Below are positions 57,348 to 64,000 of a stretch of DNA of 64,000 nucleotides, one piece after another. Numbering within the stretch: the stretch's first letter is position 1; every line of letters starts with the position of its first letter. Source of the stretch: Basidiobolus meristosporus CBS 931.73 (Eukaryota; Fungi; Basidiobolomycota); the NCBI GenBank assembly GCA_002104905.1, contig MCFE01000043.1:1-64000 (forward strand), in the 5' to 3' direction. The position numbers and the translations under genes are program-made. A model generated the notes under the pieces. It was given only the letters and a program-made list of their open reading frames with translations. It was not told the DNA's origin and ran no database searches.

Positions 57348-59099
57348 CTAGCAGAAGGGAAGATCAATGGTCCCTTCAAGCACACGATGACCCATACCCA
57401 GCTGTACAGAGCCTGGCAGTCCCTTGAACAGGTTCTCCTCGTAGGTAACATTGAGCTCAACTAGTCTGGGCAGCTCAGTCAGCCGCAGGGCGTGGATGTG
57501 TGCACAATTATAGAGGGTGAGCTTCTCCAGACTCGGATGGCCAGCTTGGCATGTTACGTCCACCAGTAATCTTCCTGCGAATGTTACCTCAGCCCCGGTG
57601 CTCTCGTGAGATATCGTCAGCTCTGACAATGTTGGAAGACAAACCGACGGGCTTTCGTCAAGCAGGTCTCGCAGCAGGAGCTCCCCGAAATTGCCAAAGT
57701 TGGGATGGTATTCGACTGTGGCATCGTCCAGTATACAGTCGTGATGATGCCCACAGTTGTTGATTTCGAGTGTTCTCAAGGAATGGCTTAGAAACTCGTA
57801 TCCCTGCAGGCAGACAAACCCGTCCAGGATCAAGGTTTGAAGGCTATTGGATTGCAACCGAATCGCCGTGAATTCGCGGTTTTTGCTGCCCGGGCTGGCG
57901 GTTAACAGCAGTTGTTGCAGGTGAGATAAACTGGAGGTGATGGTATCGAAGGCGGCGGTGGTGATCGCGTCGACGTTGGAGAACTCGATGATTTTGAGGT
58001 GGACGAACGGCGCCAACGATCCGGCATCCAGTTTCCAAAAGTAGTCGCCGATGCGATCTTTCTTCAATTCGGTGCTGACTTCGTATAGCCAGCTCTTGAC
58101 ATCATCGAACTGGCGCTCCTCAGTAATACTGCCAAATACGGAGGATGGGTGGAGATTTCTTCCTTCTTGGACCATCTCGACGATGTAATACCAGCGTTCC
58201 ACCTCGGAAAGGGAGGAGAAATTGTCGGTGACGATAAGTTTGGTGTCTCGGGCGGAGTCCCATTCTCTGGTAACCTCCCAGACGATTTTCCAAGAGTCCA
58301 CGCAGTTGATGTCGATCACCTCCAAGTGTTTGCAGGCGGCGAGCATCTCCGGAATTCCCTCGATCCTCAGAAACCGCAACGACTCGAACTTGAACTGTTT
58401 CAGCATGGGGGCGGAGCCACCGATGCTCCACGTCTTAAACCTCCTCCTCATCGCCACCAGAAACGAGAACTTCTCCAGACCTGGGTGGACGAAGCAGAGG
58501 TTGGTGTCGGCCACGATCACCATGGAGACAAGCTCTTTCAGCCTGCTCCATCGGGGTAGTACGCTAAACGGGAGGTGGGTGTCGTGATAGACCTCTACGT
58601 TGGGGAAAAGCTCCCAGGTGGCCTCGCCGAATACCCTGTCGGACATGCGCACTTTCCACACCCGAAGGGTGTGGCCAGAAACCGGCCCACCTCGAGGTAG
58701 TTGGTAGGCTCTCGTCTTGTCGGCCGACACTTGGTAAAGCTCAACCACCTCCAACGGAAGCTCCCACATCAGGTGGATTACATCCTGCACGAACACCGGA
58801 GAGGCCTGGGTTCGGTCTTGTTTGGAGCCGATGAGCAACTCCCTCACCTCGGGAAACAAACGCGGGATGAGCCGTACGTACTCCACCTTCCAGCCAGGGG
58901 CGTAACTGAACACGACCCGTCGAACCGAACGGACTGGTGGAAAGGTGGTGAGTATGACGTGAAGCGAGCGTGCGGGAGAGAAGACGGGGCTCCCCGGACC
59001 TTTCTGGTTCGGTGGGAACGTCTCCTTGGTGAACTTGGCTTCTGTACGGTCGCTGGAGAGTATCCGCGCTACGATGGCTGGTAGGGTTAAGTCTGGCAT
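57348..59099 (-). CDS. Intronless F-box-like/leucine-rich-repeat (RNI-like) protein
   Basis: About 583-codon GC-rich ORF with N-terminal LTLPAIVARIL and repeated LxxLxL segments (LEVIDINC, LQTLILDG, LRTLEINNC, LEKLTLYNC). The CDS is likely; the family call is tentative. Confidence 0.55.
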   Translation of the reverse strand: MPDLTLPAIVARILSSDRTEAKFTKETFPPNQKGPGSPVFSPARSLHVILTTFPPVRSVRRVVFSYAPGWKVEYVRLIPRLFPEVRELLIGSKQDRTQASPVFVQDVIHLMWELPLEVVELYQVSADKTRAYQLPRGGPVSGHTLRVWKVRMSDRVFGEATWELFPNVEVYHDTHLPFSVLPRWSRLKELVSMVIVADTNLCFVHPGLEKFSFLVAMRRRFKTWSIGGSAPMLKQFKFESLRFLRIEGIPEMLAACKHLEVIDINCVDSWKIVWEVTREWDSARDTKLIVTDNFSSLSEVERWYYIVEMVQEGRNLHPSSVFGSITEERQFDDVKSWLYEVSTELKKDRIGDYFWKLDAGSLAPFVHLKIIEFSNVDAITTAAFDTITSSLSHLQQLLLTASPGSKNREFTAIRLQSNSLQTLILDGFVCLQGYEFLSHSLRTLEINNCGHHHDCILDDATVEYHPNFGNFGELLLRDLLDESPSVCLPTLSELTISHESTGAEVTFAGRLLVDVTCQAGHPSLEKLTLYNCAHIHALRLTELPRLVELNVTYEENLFKGLPGSVQLGMGHRVLEGTIDLPFC

Positions 59100-59699
59100 G
59101 AGTGGGTGCTGGCTGGAATCGGGCTCATCAATTCGTGACCACGCTATATGATAGGGAAGGTGAAACATGTAACAGTGGGGATTTCAATGGATACGACTGG
59201 AGGACGGACTGAATCCAATCTCTGGACTGGATTGCTGATCTTAATCAAATAGACCGGTGGTCCAACCCACTGCATGCGTCAGGTGCCATAGGCCGGATGG
59301 CTGGTGCCTCTTTGTCCGCGGTGAGTGAATCCCTGGGTGTATCGGTTTCTTTATAGGGAAGTGAAGATGCCCTTTGATCCCAGCCAGATACGGATACCCT
59401 GCTGACCATCAGCAGTGTCCTCCCCCACTCCCTGACTTCCTTGGCCACTTGGCCCATGCCAATAGGTCTGCGGGTTGGTGCTTGGGATTTGATAGTCCAA
59501 CACTGACTCTGCAGAGGGTGCAATGGGAATTGCTGCTGAAGTTATACCATGATTGAGTCCTGGTGGAGTGATACTAGGGAGAATGCTCTGTGAATGCCTA
59601 GTGTCTGGTGAATGTCAACCTGTTTAGCTGGAATGCTGCCCCCACCAGTACCCATTGTATGTATTGCCTTGTTGTGAATAAAATCTTTCTTGTACCCAG

Positions 59700-59842
59700 A
59701 GATTTCCATCAACTTGGACCACCCTTATGACCAGGTTTACCTGGGATGCCATTGCCAAATGTAAAGTACTCTGGATATGATACTTCCCAAAGTTGCCCAC
59801 CAAGGCCATCCAAACTTTGCACCCACCTTGCAGGGTCCTCCC
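59700..59842 (+). mobile_element. Older diverged LTR remnant, interrupted by or abutting the younger LTR
   Basis: aagttgcccacc..ccaaactttgcac and ctgggat align with the LTR core aagttgtccaaa..ccaaactttgcac. Confidence 0.5.
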
Positions 59843-60188
59843 TGTTGTGAAAATCTGGAATTCCACCTAAATATTCACCTAACTTAGTCACATAGATCAT
59901 TACCTACAAATCTTATAGAATACTGACTTAACTCCTTGGGATTTACTTGGAATATTTTCACCAAAATATCAGATACCCAGAATATGAAAGTTTGATAGGT
60001 TGTCCAAACAGCCCCAAGCTTTGCACACATGTTCTTGGGACCTTGTCAAGCATATTTTATGTGTTTGTTATGCCAAGACCATGTAAAAGTACAAGTACTA
60101 CTTTTACATTCTATAATTTATTGAGTGAAAACCACATAATCTGCTTGTTCTCCCAATCACTTCACTTATCTCCAAGACTCTTACAACA
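59843..60188 (+). mobile_element. Copia-family LTR (346 bp, TGTTGT...ACAACA)
   Basis: 6-bp terminal inverted repeats; collinear with 63663-64000 and with the reverse complement of 62815-63165. Confidence 0.88.
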
Positions 60189-61900
60189 CCTTCAACATTG
60201 TGGACTTTTATTGATGATTATACAAGATACACATGGGTCCACTTCATGGAAAGAACACAAGAAGCTCTGTCTAAGTTCAGGGAGTTCAAGGCCATGTGGT
60301 AGAGAGAAACTTGTGAAAAAACCAATCAAATACACTCAGATAATGGTGGAGGATATACATCAAAGCACTTCATCCACAGGCGCAAAACTCATGGGATAAA
60401 GCCTGACACTACTATACCATACTCCCCACAGCAAAACATAGTGACATAGTGTGCAAACAGATCAATAACTGATATGGCAAGATCTATGATCCATGATCAA
60501 AAATTATTCTATGATTTTTTGGTGGAATCAGTAGCCATAGCTGTATACCTTAAATAGGAGTTATAGCAGAATACGTTGGGATTCTGCTCCATTTGAGGCA
60601 TGATGTGGATATAGACCAAGTGCAGAACATCTAAGAATATTTGAGCGCACACCATATGCCAAGACACTGCCTGGATATCAGTCAAAATTTGAGCCAGAAA
60701 GTGTAAGATGAATATACTTGGTCTACCGCAATTAGTGTAAAGCATGCAGACTCTACACTATCAAAGCAAAGAAGCTGAGCAAGTCCAGGGATGTGTTGTT
60801 TGATGAAAATGCAAAATGCTCACAAAAAAGACATCAGATGATGACAAAAACCTCATCTTAAGCCCACCAATAGTCAGGATTGAATCAGAGCAAAACAATG
60901 AGACTTTCTCACTCCAGTGGACTCTACAGCCATAGTTCAGCTTGAATCAGTGACCAGGAATATCCCAGAAGTGATCATTCCAGTGTTACAAGCCAGGAGA
61001 TCCAAGCAGACCAGAAATAGTCCAGATTACTATTTCAATAAGGGTACAAACTTAGCCTATGTCTATTCAGTCCATATTGATGAGCCCAGACTGTAAAAGA
61101 GGCTCAAAATAGCCCTCAGATAAGGTTTTGCAGATATGCAATGACTGAGGAGTATCAGGCCCTGATGGAAAATCTAACTTGGGACTTGGTCAAATTACAA
61201 ACCAACCAAATATCAATCAAATACATATGGGTCCCTCAAGGCAAAATACAAGGCTGATGGTACAATTGAAAGATAATAAGCGGGACCTGTGACCAAAGGA
61301 TACTTTCAAACAAAATGACTGGACTATACTGAGACCATTGCACCTGTAGTCAAGTTAAGTTTCATCAGACTGATATTGACCATTGCAGCCAAATATGAGC
61401 TTTCTCATCATCAAATGGATGTAAAAGCTGCATTTTTGAATGGGCAACTTGATGAGGACATGTACATGAGCCAGCCTAATGGGCTTGCTGACCATGATAT
61501 CCCCCATTTGGTCTGCAAGCTCAAACAACACTATATGGCCTGAAACAGTCACCAAGAGCCTGGAATTGCAAGGTAAGTTCCTATTTGGAATCTCTGAGTT
61601 TCCAAAGTCATACTGCTGATCATAGTATCTACAACAAGCCAGATAGAGCAGATTCAGCTCTATTAGCACTATAGGTGGATGATCTTGTTCTAGCCACTAA
61701 TAACCTAGAAATAATTGCAGAGACTAAGTTCAGACTATTTAAGGAGTTCAAGCTATTTAATCTAGAAGTGCTCAGCTACTACTTAGGGATAAAGTTCTCC
61801 ATAGACAGAGGTACCTTGACTATCCCCTAAGCCAGCCTAAGTATAATCAAGATATACTTAAGTACCAAATGGAAGACTGTAAACCAGCAGCTATCAAAAG
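60189..61900 (+). mobile_element. Degenerate Ty1/Copia pol (integrase followed by RT)
   Basis: FIDDYTRYTWV, HSDNGGGY, PYSPQQN, DMARSM, then DYTETIAPV, HQMDVKAAFLNG and LYGLKQSPRAWN, with many stops and frameshifts. Integrase-before-RT order is Copia-diagnostic. Confidence 0.9.
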
Positions 61901-62814
61901 ACTTTGCAGATCCTTAATATCTTTTGATCTTTAGGCATGGGTATAAACACCACAGTCTCTCCCTCTCATGCAGTCATAGGTCTTTCTGTGGGCTTTATCT
62001 TTGGGCACTGTTGATGTGCTTCAAAGACTGTGAGGTGTTCCTCTGCTGTTATATGGGGATATGGCCCAGTTCTTCTTTGTGATATTGAGCTACTTAAGTT
62101 CCTTCTCTGCAGCAAAGATACTGCATTCTCTACCTAGGATATTGATTATTTGACATGCATTATCTGCTCATCCAATTTGTGGACTATCTTGTGATATCTC
62201 TGAGCCTTAGCACCTATCCTGTAAGCCACTGCACCTAATTGCCTCATTAATGCTTAGTAAGAGCTAACAGCATACTTGCTATATGGGCAGTGATGATGTT
62301 ATAATATCCACTTGCTGGTATCCAACCAGATATACTGCATTTGCTACAGTCTCATCTGCCTGAGCATTATGGGCAGCTTGTGGCTCTGCATTTATTCACA
62401 ATTGCCTACCTGACTGAGAGCCTGAGGAGTGTGCATTATCACCTTCAGTGGCCACACTGTCAACATGGCCTTTTTTGGACTTAGCCCTGCGTGCTGCACT
62501 GAATATCAATGCAAGCTGTTGTCCACTGTTCTTCTGCTGCTGTTAGCAGTGGGGCTTGCTAAGGAACCAGACAACTTTGCTTTTTTTGCAGCATATAAAC
62601 ATGGAAGTGCATCAAACCAAAGGGGGAAATAGTGCTACATATACAAGTGTATATGGTGCTATAGCTTTATTTATAATGCCTACAATGGTAGGTCATCATT
62701 GAATCTACATTCATGCAAATGCAATATCCAAAATACAAGACTGTCTAAAATTCACATGAGTATGGACAAAAAAGGGATATAATTGCATTACAACATTGAG
62801 TGTTAAGCTGTTTG

Positions 62815-63165
62815 TGTTGTAAGAATCTTGGAGATATTGGAAGTGATTAGGAGAACAATTGGATTATATGGTTTTCACTTAATGATTTATTGAATGTAAA
62901 AGTAGTATTTATACTTTTAACTGGCTTTGGCATTACAAGCACGTAAAATAGGTTAAGAAAGGTCCCAAGAACATTTGTGCAAAGTTTGGGGCTGTTTGGA
63001 CAACTTTGAGAATTTTTCATGTTCTGGGTACCTGGTATTTTGGTGAAAATATTCTTAGTAAATCCCAACAAGGAATTTTGGTCAGTATTCTCTAGGATTT
63101 GAAGGTGATGATCTAAGTGACTAAGTTAGGTGAATATCTAGGTGGAAATACAAATTTTTACAACA
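62815..63165 (-). mobile_element. 3' LTR of a minus-strand Copia element
   Basis: TGTTGT...ACAACA termini, preceded on the minus strand by a polypurine tract (..GAGTGGGAG) and RNase H. Confidence 0.9.
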
Positions 63166-63662
63166 CTCCCACTCAGCTAAATGTTCATACTGACTAGTCC
63201 TAATTTTCACCTAAGATATTCAAACTTGTCTCTAGCTAATGGTTTGGCAAATATGTCTGCTATCATTTCATCTGTAGGACAGTAAAATAAGCTAACTAAG
63301 TTATTCTCTATAGCTTCACATATGAAATGATGTCTAATATCTATGTGCTTGGTTCTAGCATGAAAAGTTGGATTTCTACCCAATTGTATACATCCTTGAT
63401 TATCTTGAAATAAAGTAATAGGTGTTTTTGACATAGGCCTAAATCTGTAAAGAGCTTTCTAAATCATCACCTAGCTGCAATTGTGACCTTGCACAAATTG
63501 AGTCAGATGAGTTTCTGGTGGCTTTAGGCACATTGCAGACTGCAGAATAAAGCACATAGAGTGACAGCTCTGAAGCAGAAGGCTAACTGATGAATTGCAA
63601 GCCTATTTCCCCCAGCAACAGGTGAATGATGTGATGTTTTGGCTAGAGAAGTGGCATGTTTC
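63166..63662 (-). mobile_element. Copia RNase H remnant plus PPT
   Basis: DNQGCIQLGRNPTFHARTKHIDIRHHF..DEMIADIFAKPL is the Copia RNase H signature. Confidence 0.9.
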
Positions 63663-64000
63663 TGTTGTAAAAATTTGTATTTCCACCTAAATATTCACCT
63701 AACTTAGTCACTTAGATCATCACCTTCAGATCCTAGAGAATACTGACCTAAATTCCTTGTTGGGATTTACCCAGAATATTTTCACCAAAATACCAGGTAC
63801 CCAGAACGTGAAAAATTCTCAAAGTTGTCCAAAAAGCCCCAAACTTTGCACACATGTTCTTGGGTCCTTCCTTAACCTATTCTACATGTTTGTAATGCCC
63901 AGACCAGGTAAAAGTATAAATACTACTTTACATTCAATAAATCATTAAGTGAAAACCACATAATCTACTTGTTCTCCCAATCACTTCCAATATCTCCAAG
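63663..64000 (+). mobile_element. Young Copia LTR that truncates the RNase H region; runs off the window end
   Basis: Starts TGTTGTAAAAATTTG; high identity to the reverse complement of 62815-63165. Confidence 0.88.

Noticed and set aside
59624-59866. Minus-strand ORF initially resembling a Gypsy integrase
   Set aside because: It is the antisense reading of two abutting LTR sequences.
61900-62800. CpG-depleted stretch with broken minus-strand frames
   Set aside because: Probably TE debris, but no diagnostic motif allows classification.

Overview
Eukaryotic (fungal) genomic DNA with short GT-AG introns (about 50-60 nt), TATA boxes and AATAAA signals. The protein repertoire suggests an early-diverging fungus; this is inference, as no database search was run. 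Layout: (1) 1-7.2 kb, a decaying duplicated cluster of secreted-protein genes, with an intact KR-processed 10-Cys protein, a pseudogenised bacterial-type solute-binding protein and a truncated tRNA-Leu. (2) 7.5-10.3 kb, CpG-depleted LTR relics. (3) 11.4-22.6 kb, two tandem full-length ABCB/P-glycoprotein genes whose NBDs are homogenised. (4) 22.9-46 kb, a gene-dense core: two Msn2-like C2H2 factors, Mei2-like, ADAL, a head-to-head uricase pair, cysteine synthase, ERG20, ATP synthase subunit e, a GGT-family Ntn-hydrolase, chitin deacetylase, a GPI protein and NDUFB8. (5) 46.3-48.7 kb, a tandem array of four small PPxY/LPxY-motif proteins. (6) 48.9-52.5 kb, a ~1.55-kb inverted repeat holding two near-identical amidohydrolase genes. 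(7) GDI1, a frameshifted MATE transporter and an F-box/LRR-like ORF. (8) 59.7-64 kb, nested Copia LTR-retrotransposon debris. The best candidates for undescribed biology are the PY-motif adaptor array, the palindromic amidohydrolase pair, the cryptic PTS1 of uricase 1 within a loose purine/nitrogen-catabolism neighbourhood, and the secreted Cys-rich/SBP unit. Intron and exon boundaries were read by eye.
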